Shown in pieces: positions 17,496 through 25,082 of a DNA stretch of 32,000 nucleotides. Origin of the DNA: Acaryochloris marina S15 (GTDB lineage: Bacteria; Cyanobacteriota; Cyanobacteriia; Thermosynechococcales; Thermosynechococcaceae); contig NZ_CP064925.1 in NCBI RefSeq assembly GCF_018336915.1, positions 120,001-152,000 on the forward strand, read 5' to 3'. A model generated the notes under the pieces. It ran no database searches. It was given only the letters and a program-made list of their open reading frames with translations, and had not been told where the DNA came from. Within the stretch, counting starts at the first letter, position 1, and every line of letters starts with the position of its first letter. The translations under genes were made by a program, and so were the position numbers.

Positions 17496-17726
17496 ATGAC
17501 AGCAGCATCACCTGACAGAGATGACCGAATAGAAAGCACTCTAGAGACTGTTCTAGAGAAGATTCAGCAGATTGATACCAAAGTAGAAAAGCTGGATACC
17601 GATGTTCGTGCTGCCAATGAACGAACTGATACCTACTGGGAAGCCTCGAAGCTGCTGATTAATCTGGCTTTTGGATTGATTGCAACGGCTGTAATTGCCA
17701 TCATCATTCCTGCAGTGTTAAGGTAA
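17496..17726 (+). CDS. small coiled-coil protein with a C-terminal TM helix
   Basis: GAAGGA lies before the ATG at 17496. The C-terminus is LLINLAFGLIATAVIAIIIPAVL. A terminator follows. Confidence 0.5.
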   Translation: MTAASPDRDDRIESTLETVLEKIQQIDTKVEKLDTDVRAANERTDTYWEASKLLINLAFGLIATAVIAIIIPAVLR

Positions 17727-17756
17727 TTCCCATTCCTTCATTTCATTATCTCCAAA

Positions 17757-17790
17757 GCACCCCGGCATCTACTGTCCGGGGTTTTTCTTC
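17757..17790 (+). terminator. rho-independent terminator
   Basis: ACCCCGG-catctactgt-CCGGGGT followed by TTTTCTTC. Confidence 0.7.
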
Positions 17791-17899
17791 TGAAATATTG
17801 GCGGGATATCTCCAAGCCTTGCAACCCAATTAACAGCACCCCCTCCCCCAAAACCTTCTCTTTTCTTTCTTATCCTTCTTGTTCCCCTCACACTCATTT

Positions 17900-17932
17900 G
17901 CCCCCTGGTTCACTGCTAGGGGGCTTTCTTCT
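17900..17932 (+). terminator. second terminator-like hairpin
   Basis: GCCCCCT-ggttcactgct-AGGGGGC followed by TTTCTTCT. Confidence 0.5.
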
Positions 17933-17952
17933 GAATCATCGGAGGCAATCCC

Positions 17953-18108
17953 ATGAAAATCCACATTGCCAAAATCGAAGTCTGGAATGGCCGCACGTTC
18001 CAGCTCATTGACTTTCAGCAGGCCCAAACCCAGGAAAGCCTTGGGTCGGTCATCAGGGAGTATGTTGCCGCTATGGATTTGAAGTTAGTCTATTGGTGTA
18101 AGCAATAG
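17953..18108 (+). CDS. unannotated 51-aa ORF
   Basis: GGAGG lies 7 nt before the ATG. Translation is MKIHIAKIEVWNGRTFQLIDFQQAQTQESLGSVIREYVAAMDLKLVYWCKQ. It is below the track cutoff and is preferred over the antisense 17830..18027 ORF. Confidence 0.45.
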   Translation: MKIHIAKIEVWNGRTFQLIDFQQAQTQESLGSVIREYVAAMDLKLVYWCKQ

Positions 18109-18150
18109 GTCTAAAAATCAGATAAGACATTGAATGTCTTATCTGAAATA

Positions 18151-18654
18151 ATGAAACTCATCATTCTAGATAAGGATGGCACTCTCACTACCCCCAAAAG
18201 CGGCAAGAAGTTTGTGCAAAAACCAGAGGACCAAATATTACTTCCTGGTGTTTTGGATGCCGTGAGATGGCACACCTTACAAGGTCATATGCTTGTCATC
18301 GCCTCAAATCAGGGAGGTGTATCAGCAGGGCATAAAACGATTGAGGAAGTGATCTTAGAGATGAAATATTGTTTACATCTACTCCTCGGGATACAGTCAG
18401 CCTATTTTTGTCCTGATTTAGAGGGCAATCAATGCTGGCATGTGGAACGGCAGAGCAGCTCCCAAATAGAGGTACTGAGGTTCAAAGGCAGAATGCAAAA
18501 ACCTGGAGACGGGATGATTCAGCAAGCGCTTTTAGACCATCCTAGTGTGTCTGAAATACTATTCATTGGTGATCGCCAGGAAGACGAGCAAGCGGCCCAT
18601 ACCGCTGGGGTTGCATTCCAAAGTGCAGAGAGTTGGAGATTGCCCAGAGAATAA
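18151..18654 (+). CDS. HAD-IIIA phosphatase (GmhB / polynucleotide 3'-phosphatase-like)
   Basis: Motif I ILDKDGTL, motif II ASNQGG, then KPGDGM and IGDRQEDEQAA. The ATG at 18151 directly precedes motif I. Confidence 0.8.
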   Translation: MKLIILDKDGTLTTPKSGKKFVQKPEDQILLPGVLDAVRWHTLQGHMLVIASNQGGVSAGHKTIEEVILEMKYCLHLLLGIQSAYFCPDLEGNQCWHVERQSSSQIEVLRFKGRMQKPGDGMIQQALLDHPSVSEILFIGDRQEDEQAAHTAGVAFQSAESWRLPRE

Positions 18655-18825
18655 GGCTATCCCTGGTTCTTGTGGATGCGACCACTTGCTGCTCGTTGAC
18701 AATCGCATCCACGATACAAACTACATCGAAACTTTTCCCTATCTTCCACCTAGAAAAAGACTTCACACCTATTGAACTCCCCTGGCCTATCTGCTGGGGG
18801 TTTCGCGTATCTACTGGAGAAAAAA

Positions 18826-19206
18826 ATGACCATAAACTTTCCCCTTCCCACTCTCAAAGCCCAAACCAATGTCACCAGCTACAGCAGAAACCCCGCTGAT
18901 CATCCCACCCTCGAAAAACTCTCAAATCTTCTCCCCGCCCTTACCCAAGATGCCCTAGCATCCCTCAGTATCATTGCCCTCAATGAAGGCTATGCACCTG
19001 TCGTTGTGCAGGTAGGTTATGGCTGCGGTTGCAATACCTTTAATCGCTGCATCGAACTGATCCAAGACCTCTCCCAGGCTGGCAAGGTTGCCCTGGTTCG
19101 GAGTGTTGCAGAGCTGCTGGCAGTATCGCTTAGCCTTCCAACTCAGCCCCAAGAAATTACTCTGCCCCCTGTGCTATCTTCGCTGACCAAAGGAGTAGAA
19201 CAATGA
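18826..19206 (+). CDS. hypothetical protein (126 aa)
   Basis: GGAG-A6-ATG. The stop overlaps the next start (ATGA at 19203). Confidence 0.5.
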   Translation: MTINFPLPTLKAQTNVTSYSRNPADHPTLEKLSNLLPALTQDALASLSIIALNEGYAPVVVQVGYGCGCNTFNRCIELIQDLSQAGKVALVRSVAELLAVSLSLPTQPQEITLPPVLSSLTKGVEQ

Positions 19207-19649
19207 CACAAATACTAACTGCTAAGGTCAAATTTCCCGCTAAAGAATGGGATACCCAGCATGGTCCAAGACTCAATGCAAAAATCACACTCCCTGATGG
19301 AGAAGATATAAAGATTTGGGGTAATCCCGATGATGCAGTGCTCAAAGCTCTCCGCAAAGGCCAACCTGTCCAGGTCGCTAAGGATAGCAAAGGCAAATAC
19401 AGCCTAGTGGAGCAAGCCCCGGTTCCAGGTCAGCCCCTGGTGGTCGAGGCACCACCCCTGGATACTGGGGAGATAGGGGAGGATGCCAAGAGTGCGATCG
19501 CAAGTTACATTTCCCACCGAGCAGCCCTCTATTCCTTCTGCTACCAAGAAGCATCCAGAGAGCTAGGAAAGCATGAAGTAAGTGAAGAGACGATTAAGTG
19601 TGCGGCCAGTACCTTGTTCATATCTGCTCAGAAAAAGTTTGGTATATGA
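19203..19649 (+). CDS. hypothetical protein (148 aa)
   Basis: AGGAG lies 7 nt upstream. The gene is translationally coupled on both sides. Confidence 0.55.
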   Translation: MTQILTAKVKFPAKEWDTQHGPRLNAKITLPDGEDIKIWGNPDDAVLKALRKGQPVQVAKDSKGKYSLVEQAPVPGQPLVVEAPPLDTGEIGEDAKSAIASYISHRAALYSFCYQEASRELGKHEVSEETIKCAASTLFISAQKKFGI

Positions 19650-19960
19650 ACCTGACCATTGACTGGCAAGCACTGAAGACCCTGACGGAGTATTGCCGGG
19701 AGGATATCAAGGGCTTCTGTGAGGATGAGGGCTTTCCGGTTTACCCTAGTCGCCTTCATCCTTTCCAAGCCCTGTTTCTCCGCAATTTGCTGTTGTGCAA
19801 CTGGTCGGTGCGCGAGGGGTATTTCGCTTATTACTGGCAAGCTCAGCAAGCCTTCGAGTTGTTCTGGGCAGAGCTGCCCGATGATGTCAGTGATTGCCAG
19901 TTGACGAAATCTTGGATTGCCTGGTGTGAGGTTGGCTTGAGCAACAAAAAAGGCAGCTAA
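19646..19960 (+). CDS. hypothetical protein (104 aa)
   Basis: The ATG at 19646 overlaps the preceding stop (ATGA). Confidence 0.5.
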   Translation: MNLTIDWQALKTLTEYCREDIKGFCEDEGFPVYPSRLHPFQALFLRNLLLCNWSVREGYFAYYWQAQQAFELFWAELPDDVSDCQLTKSWIAWCEVGLSNKKGS

Positions 19961-20065
19961 CTCAGAAAGCTACCTTTGGAATTCTAATGAATAAGACATG
20001 TGCTTAGGGTTCCCACTCTGACAGCATTCCCAACATCCCAAGTCATAGGACTACCAAGAAATTCC

Positions 20066-20102
20066 TTGAAAAAAGGCGATTCCCATACCTGAAAATCGCC
20101 TT
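20066..20102 (-). terminator. hairpin H1; canonical intrinsic terminator when read on the minus strand
   Basis: AAGGCGATT-cccatacctgaa-AATCGCCTT preceded on the plus strand by an A6 run, which gives a U-tract only on the minus strand. Confidence 0.5.
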
Positions 20103-20249
20103 GGACTATGTAATTCATATTTCCATTTCTCAAGGAACAACATATCACGGTGCGCTCCCTTGCCCTGCCACTGCGATGTCATCAAGTCCTATCTGGAGTG
20201 GAAGCACCAGAAACCCCGTAGTTAGGGCCGTCTTGACTCAATCGAATCA

Positions 20250-20284
20250 ATGAAAAAGGCGATTCCCAACTAGAAGAATCGCCT
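20250..20284 (-). terminator. hairpin H2, a sequence-related copy of H1
   Basis: AGGCGATTC-ccaactagaa-GAATCGCCT preceded by A5. It shares TGAAAAAGGCGATTCCCA with H1. Confidence 0.5.
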
Positions 20285-20323
20285 CAGCCAATAACCAATT
20301 AAAACTACTAGGAAAAATTTATC

Positions 20324-20605
20324 ATGTTTTCCAAAAAATCTGTGCGGCCCTTAGAGGTGCCGTTAGTTCGTCGTTGCTTTAGTTGTCATCAACTGAAGTT
20401 TGCGATCGCATCCCAAGTATTGATCCATAAATCCTCTGGCTACCCCTATCGTCGCTGGCTTTGCGAGGACTGTGGACAGTCACGAGGTCTATATCCGACA
20501 CAAGAATACCTAAAGAATCTTCGAGAGATGGACGCAGGGGATGAGGCAAAGGTGAAACTGAAGGTTTTGCTCAGGTGTGAGAGGTCAGTGTTGGTGAAGA
20601 CATAA
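20324..20605 (+). CDS. hypothetical protein with a putative zinc-ribbon (CxxH...CxxC)
   Basis: A 93-codon ORF with CFSCH and CEDCG pairs and a weak RBS. Confidence 0.45.
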   Translation: MFSKKSVRPLEVPLVRRCFSCHQLKFAIASQVLIHKSSGYPYRRWLCEDCGQSRGLYPTQEYLKNLREMDAGDEAKVKLKVLLRCERSVLVKT

Positions 20606-20698
20606 GACGTGGATATCTACGCCGATATCAGGCCAAGAATCAACTTTTGAACAACTATCGAAGCTCTATAAAAATCGCATAACTCAAACAGGAGGTAA

Positions 20699-20995
20699 AT
20701 GATGCAGTGCCTTAAACCGTTGACAGCCTCGATCGAGATTCAAGAACTGCGGGAAGTGGGTTGTGATTGGAGCGGTGACCTGTTTGGCTACTATGCCATC
20801 GGTCATCACGATCCAGTGGCTTTTATCCAGGCTGTTAACGCTGAACATAATCCAGATTGTCCTGTTGAAGCTCAACAAGTTCATCAAGGATTTTGGATGG
20901 AATATCCCCTAGAAATCGATAGTGATTGCTACTGCTTTAAGACATGCAATGCAGATATTGAAGGCGCGATTGCCGTCACCTATATCGAAGTTTAA
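20699..20995 (+). CDS. hypothetical Cys-rich protein (98 aa)
   Basis: A strong AGGAGG lies just upstream. Tandem ATGs are present; the one at 20702 has the better spacing. Confidence 0.55.
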   Translation: MMQCLKPLTASIEIQELREVGCDWSGDLFGYYAIGHHDPVAFIQAVNAEHNPDCPVEAQQVHQGFWMEYPLEIDSDCYCFKTCNADIEGAIAVTYIEV

Positions 20996-21043
20996 GGGGA
21001 GCCACAACCCCAATTAGCCAACTAAATATTGGAGGAAACTCTC

Positions 21044-21259
21044 ATGCGCGATTTAGTCTACTCGCCTCAGAATCATCTCGTGTACTTCCTCGGAACTCTC
21101 AGGAGACAAAATGGCACCCGTCTCAAGGTGTTCTCAACCGTTTCCAGGCAGCACGTTCTGATGATTGCCAAGAGTAAATCAGGGAAGTGGAGCAAAGACT
21201 TCACTTCTGTCAAAATTACGGATTTACGCCCCGCTGTCAGACTCAGATTGTGTTGCTAG
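21044..21259 (+). CDS. hypothetical basic protein (71 aa)
   Basis: GGAGG lies before the ATG at 21044. The stop is 12 nt before the next gene. Confidence 0.45.
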   Translation: MRDLVYSPQNHLVYFLGTLRRQNGTRLKVFSTVSRQHVLMIAKSKSGKWSKDFTSVKITDLRPAVRLRLCC

Positions 21260-21271
21260 GGGGTGAGGATC

Positions 21272-22297
21272 ATGAGCGCCACCCAAATGGTCTTGCCCTT
21301 CCAAGTGCCCGGTGCCTCGACGCTTCCTGATCTGTCCACCTATGATCGCATTCTGGTCGCCTTCTCCGGTGGCAAGGATTCTATCTGCTGTCTGTTGCGA
21401 CTACTGGAGTTGGGTATCCCCAAAGACAGGATTGAATTGCATCATCATTTGGTTGATTCAAGGGGCCACAACCTTTTCGACTGGCCTGTCACCGAGAGCT
21501 ATTGCCGCAAATTTGCCCAAGCCTTCGACCTTCCTCTGTATATGAGCTGGCTAGAAGGTGGGCTAGAACGCGAGATGTGTCGCAAGGACCAACCCAAAGC
21601 ACCCACACACTTCCAGACTCCTAATGGTGAGCAAATATCTGGGGGGCAAGGCAAGCCTGGAACTCGGCGCAAGTTCCCAGCAAAGACCGCTGACCTCAAA
21701 ACTCGGTGGTGTTCTTCCTATCTGAAGATTGATGTTCTCAGCACCGCCATTGCCAATCAATCTCGGTTCAACCATGCTCGAACTCTGGTGGTAACCGGAG
21801 AGCGGGCACAGGAGAGTGCCGCTAGAGCAAAGTATCTCACCTTGGAGCCACACCGAACTGATCGGCGGGATAGCCTCAAACTCAGGCGACATATTGACCA
21901 CTGGCGACCCGTCCACTCATATACGAGTGAGCAAGTCTGGGAGATGATTCAGCGCTGGGGAGTCCTGGCACATCCTGCCTACTACCTCGGCTGGGGTCGG
22001 CTGAGCTGTCAGTTCTGCATTTTCGGCTCACCTAATCAGTGGGCTTCTAATGCGGCCATCTCGCCAGAGCGCACAAAGCGGTTGCACCAGTACGAGCAAG
22101 AGTTTCAACACACCATCGACAACAAGCTTTCCATCCCAGACATGGCCGATAAGGGAACGGCTTACGCTGCCATCCACCAGCATCCTGATCAGCTTCGACT
22201 TGCCCTGAGCAATGAATACACAGCCCCAATCCTCGTTGACCCGAATACCTGGACCCTGCCTGCTGGGGCATTTGGGGAGAGCGCAGGACCGACTTAA
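21272..22297 (+). CDS. PAPS-reductase-family PP-loop ATP pyrophosphatase (DndC/IbrA-like class)
   Basis: PP-loop ILVAFSGGKDS. The C-terminal core is WRPVHSYTSEQVWEMIQRWGV..HPAYYLGWGRLSCQFCIF. The RBS is GGGGTGAGGA. Confidence 0.85.
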   Translation: MSATQMVLPFQVPGASTLPDLSTYDRILVAFSGGKDSICCLLRLLELGIPKDRIELHHHLVDSRGHNLFDWPVTESYCRKFAQAFDLPLYMSWLEGGLEREMCRKDQPKAPTHFQTPNGEQISGGQGKPGTRRKFPAKTADLKTRWCSSYLKIDVLSTAIANQSRFNHARTLVVTGERAQESAARAKYLTLEPHRTDRRDSLKLRRHIDHWRPVHSYTSEQVWEMIQRWGVLAHPAYYLGWGRLSCQFCIFGSPNQWASNAAISPERTKRLHQYEQEFQHTIDNKLSIPDMADKGTAYAAIHQHPDQLRLALSNEYTAPILVDPNTWTLPAGAFGESAGPT

Positions 22298-22308
22298 GGA
22301 GATTAGAC

Positions 22309-23760
22309 ATGAAGAAAAAATCTTACATCACAGTCACCGACCAATTTGCTGGGTGTGGTGGTTCGAGCAGTGGTGCTGCTCAAGCGGGCTGTGAAATCGT
22401 GATGGCAATCAACCACTGGGAAAGGGCCGTTGAAACCCACAATACCAACTTTCCCAATACCGCCCATGATTGCCTGGACATCAGCGCTTGCGACCCTTGT
22501 CGCTATCCCAGTACGGATATTTTGCTGAGTTCGCCCGAGTGTACAAACCATACGATTGCGAAAGGAAAAAGACGCAAAAACCTGGGCCAGATGGACTTAT
22601 TTAATCCCCAAACCATCGACCCGGCTGATGAAAGATCAAGGGCTATTTTATGGGATGTCGTCAGATTTTCAGAGGCCCATCGGTACAACTTCATCATCGT
22701 GGAGAACGTTGTTGAGGTGCGTCACTGGATCCTGTTCGATAGCTGGCTTAATGCCATGCACACCTTGGGATATGACCATAAGGCGGTATTCTTCAACAGC
22801 ATGTTTGCCGAAGCACCTCAAAGCAGGGACCGTGTTTACATTGTCTTCTGGAGGAAAAACAACCCTAAACCCAACCTCAGCTTTACCCCCCTGGCCCATT
22901 GCTCCGAATGTGGCGAGGTCGAGGCCATCCAGTCTTGGAAAAACCCATTCAAAAAATGGGGGCGTTACGGCAAGCGCAATCAGTATGTTTATCGCTGTCC
23001 CAGTTGCGCTCAGATCGTGGAGCCTTACTATACCCCAGCCTATACCGCGATTGACTGGAGCTATCCCAGTATCAAGGTGGGTGAGCGCAAAAGACCACTG
23101 AGGCCAGCAACTCTAGACCGCATTCGTAAGGGATTGGAGAAGTTCAACAATCCTGTCCTGGTAGAAACGGCTTACGGCAAAGACACGAGCAATCGGGTTC
23201 GGAGTGTGGAGGGGATTCTTCCCACCCAGACTGCCCGCCAAACAATGGCCTTGGCAATGCCGTTCATTGTCAGGAATTACACGGGGGCGCAGGCCGCTAG
23301 CATTAGTGAGCCACTGCCCACAGTCACCACGGTTGACCATAATTCGCTGGTGCAGCCGTTTATGGTGACACTCCGAAACCACAACCAAGCACACTCACTG
23401 GAGGAGCCGCTAGGTACGGTCACCGCTGGGGGAGGGCATCACGGTTTAGTTCAGCCTTTTCTAGCTAGCTATTACAGTGGCTCAGATCAAGTCTGTGGAG
23501 TGGATAAAGCCATTCCCACCATCACTGCCGGCGACCGCCATGCCCTGGTGCAACCGGATCGCTCTATCTCTGTTGAAGACTGCTATTTTCGCATGTTGCA
23601 ACCTCATGAAATCCAGGCAGCGATGGCCTTTTCTCAAGATTACGTCGTGATTGGCAATAAGCGAGAGAAGGTTAAACAGCTTGGCAACGCCGTTACTCCA
23701 CCCGTAATGCAGATGATTGTGCAACGTTGCCTTGATTCCCTGTCATCCTCAAATTTTTGA
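22309..23760 (+). CDS. DNA (cytosine-5)-methyltransferase
   Basis: Motif I DQFAGCGG, motif IV SSPECTNHT (a variant PC motif), motif VI IVENV, motif VIII QSRDRVYIVF, motif IX RMLQPHEIQAAMAF, motif X QLGNAVTPPV. The RBS is AAGGAG. Confidence 0.95.
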   Translation: MKKKSYITVTDQFAGCGGSSSGAAQAGCEIVMAINHWERAVETHNTNFPNTAHDCLDISACDPCRYPSTDILLSSPECTNHTIAKGKRRKNLGQMDLFNPQTIDPADERSRAILWDVVRFSEAHRYNFIIVENVVEVRHWILFDSWLNAMHTLGYDHKAVFFNSMFAEAPQSRDRVYIVFWRKNNPKPNLSFTPLAHCSECGEVEAIQSWKNPFKKWGRYGKRNQYVYRCPSCAQIVEPYYTPAYTAIDWSYPSIKVGERKRPLRPATLDRIRKGLEKFNNPVLVETAYGKDTSNRVRSVEGILPTQTARQTMALAMPFIVRNYTGAQAASISEPLPTVTTVDHNSLVQPFMVTLRNHNQAHSLEEPLGTVTAGGGHHGLVQPFLASYYSGSDQVCGVDKAIPTITAGDRHALVQPDRSISVEDCYFRMLQPHEIQAAMAFSQDYVVIGNKREKVKQLGNAVTPPVMQMIVQRCLDSLSSSNF

Positions 23761-23813
23761 AACCACAAATCATTTCAGAATCTCGCTGGAATTTGAAAAC
23801 TTAGGAGGCAATT

Positions 23814-23915
23814 ATGAATAGCTACACTCTTGTCTGGTGGCTCATCTGGCAATCCCTCTACTTCGGCATGTTTCTTTATTTCTTCCTCTATGATGCCTTG
23901 AGGAGCTACCCATGA
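23814..23915 (+). CDS. 33-aa hydrophobic micro-ORF
   Basis: TAGGAGG lies 5 nt before the ATG. Translation is MNSYTLVWWLIWQSLYFGMFLYFFLYDALRSYP. Its TGA overlaps the ATG of the next gene (ATGA at 23912). Confidence 0.45.
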   Translation: MNSYTLVWWLIWQSLYFGMFLYFFLYDALRSYP

Positions 23916-25039
23916 TTCACGTACTCAACTTTGGCATGGGCGTAGATTCCGTCGCAATTTTGCTTTCCTGGATTTACAGCCCCAAAACCCGCCCTTTTGC
24001 TAGTTTTGATGATTTGATATTGATAACTGCCCAAACGGGTAACGAACATCAATCCACTAAGCACTTGGTCGAAGCACACATCTTGCCCTTGCTCAGGCAA
24101 CATCAGATTCGCTTTGTCCAGGTCGCCAAGGCGGGTCACTCTAAAAAAGATGGATACACCGTCTTGAGTGATACTCGAAACCCCCAGATCTGCCATATCG
24201 AAGGCGATTACACTCTCGGTCATTCTCTCAAAATTGCAGGCACAAGCCAACCTGTGAGTGGTGCCCATACCTGTGCCATGAAGTTTAAAGGTGTCGTCAT
24301 TGATAGCTGGATATCGGATCATCTCTCTGGTGAGGCCATCGGTCCATATCTGGGTTATTGCAAAGGGGAAGAAAAGCGCTCAGCCAAGTGTGCTGATTAC
24401 CCCTGCATGGGGTCTGATTATCGATTTCCGCTCCAAGAATGGGGCTGGGATAGACAGACCTGCATTGACTACATCCGTGAAAAGACCGGGGCAGATTGGC
24501 TCAAGTCGGCCTGTGTTTTCTGTCCCTTCTGTAAGCCCGAACAGGCGAGACAGCGCTGGGAAGCTGAACCGGATGCGGGCCTGTACGCCTTGGTTTTGGA
24601 AGCTGCGGCGCTTGCCCTCAACCCCAGAATGAAGCTTTTTGCCAGTCGTTCTGCCTGGGAGGTTGCTCCCCAATCTGTCAGGGAGCTGGCAGTGAATCAC
24701 CTAGACTCAATTGACTGGGCGGTTTACCGGGTCGAGCGCATTTATCAAGGTAAGCAAATCAGTAGGCGAGTCACGCGAGTGTCTGAGCCGATGCATCGCA
24801 GTGCTGCTGATGCTCAAGTCAGTGTGATTGCCAAGCAACACGGCTGTGCTTGCGATGCATCAGACCCGACCTACGTCAGAGCTTATGAGTATCACAAAAA
24901 ATCTAATGAGTCCCTGACCTGTGAAGGGTTCTGGGTTGCTGCACCTGGATTTATTCAAGATAAGGTGCATCGACCGAATTACTTTGAGCAGACCTGGCAA
25001 GAGGCGACCGGGAAGGTCAAGCAGCTCTCACTAGTTTGA
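23912..25039 (+). CDS. divergent PP-loop-like (PAPS-reductase-like, phage-type) protein
   Basis: N-terminal VLNFGMGVDSVAILL lies at the position of the SGGxDS P-loop. A mid-protein Cys cluster is ACVFCPFC. The assignment is by motif only. Confidence 0.55.
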   Translation: MIHVLNFGMGVDSVAILLSWIYSPKTRPFASFDDLILITAQTGNEHQSTKHLVEAHILPLLRQHQIRFVQVAKAGHSKKDGYTVLSDTRNPQICHIEGDYTLGHSLKIAGTSQPVSGAHTCAMKFKGVVIDSWISDHLSGEAIGPYLGYCKGEEKRSAKCADYPCMGSDYRFPLQEWGWDRQTCIDYIREKTGADWLKSACVFCPFCKPEQARQRWEAEPDAGLYALVLEAAALALNPRMKLFASRSAWEVAPQSVRELAVNHLDSIDWAVYRVERIYQGKQISRRVTRVSEPMHRSAADAQVSVIAKQHGCACDASDPTYVRAYEYHKKSNESLTCEGFWVAAPGFIQDKVHRPNYFEQTWQEATGKVKQLSLV

Positions 25040-25082
25040 ATAATTTGACTGAATACAACTCTCTATACCTTGGAGCAAAACC

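Noticed and set aside
17830-18027. A 65-aa minus-strand ORF.
   Set aside because: It has a low-complexity KKDKKEKRR tail, no RBS, and crosses a plus-strand terminator hairpin. The plus-strand 51-aa ORF with GGAGG (17953..18108) explains the region better.
18545-18899. Overlapping ORFs 18545..18775, 18563..18766 and 18633..18899.
   Set aside because: They overlap the phosphatase 3' end and its intergenic region, and they have no RBS or motifs. The next credible start is the ATG at 18826 with GGAG.
20051-20182. A 43-codon minus-strand ORF between hairpins H2 and H1.
   Set aside because: It reads straight through the H1 stem-loop, has a weak RBS, and nothing supports it.
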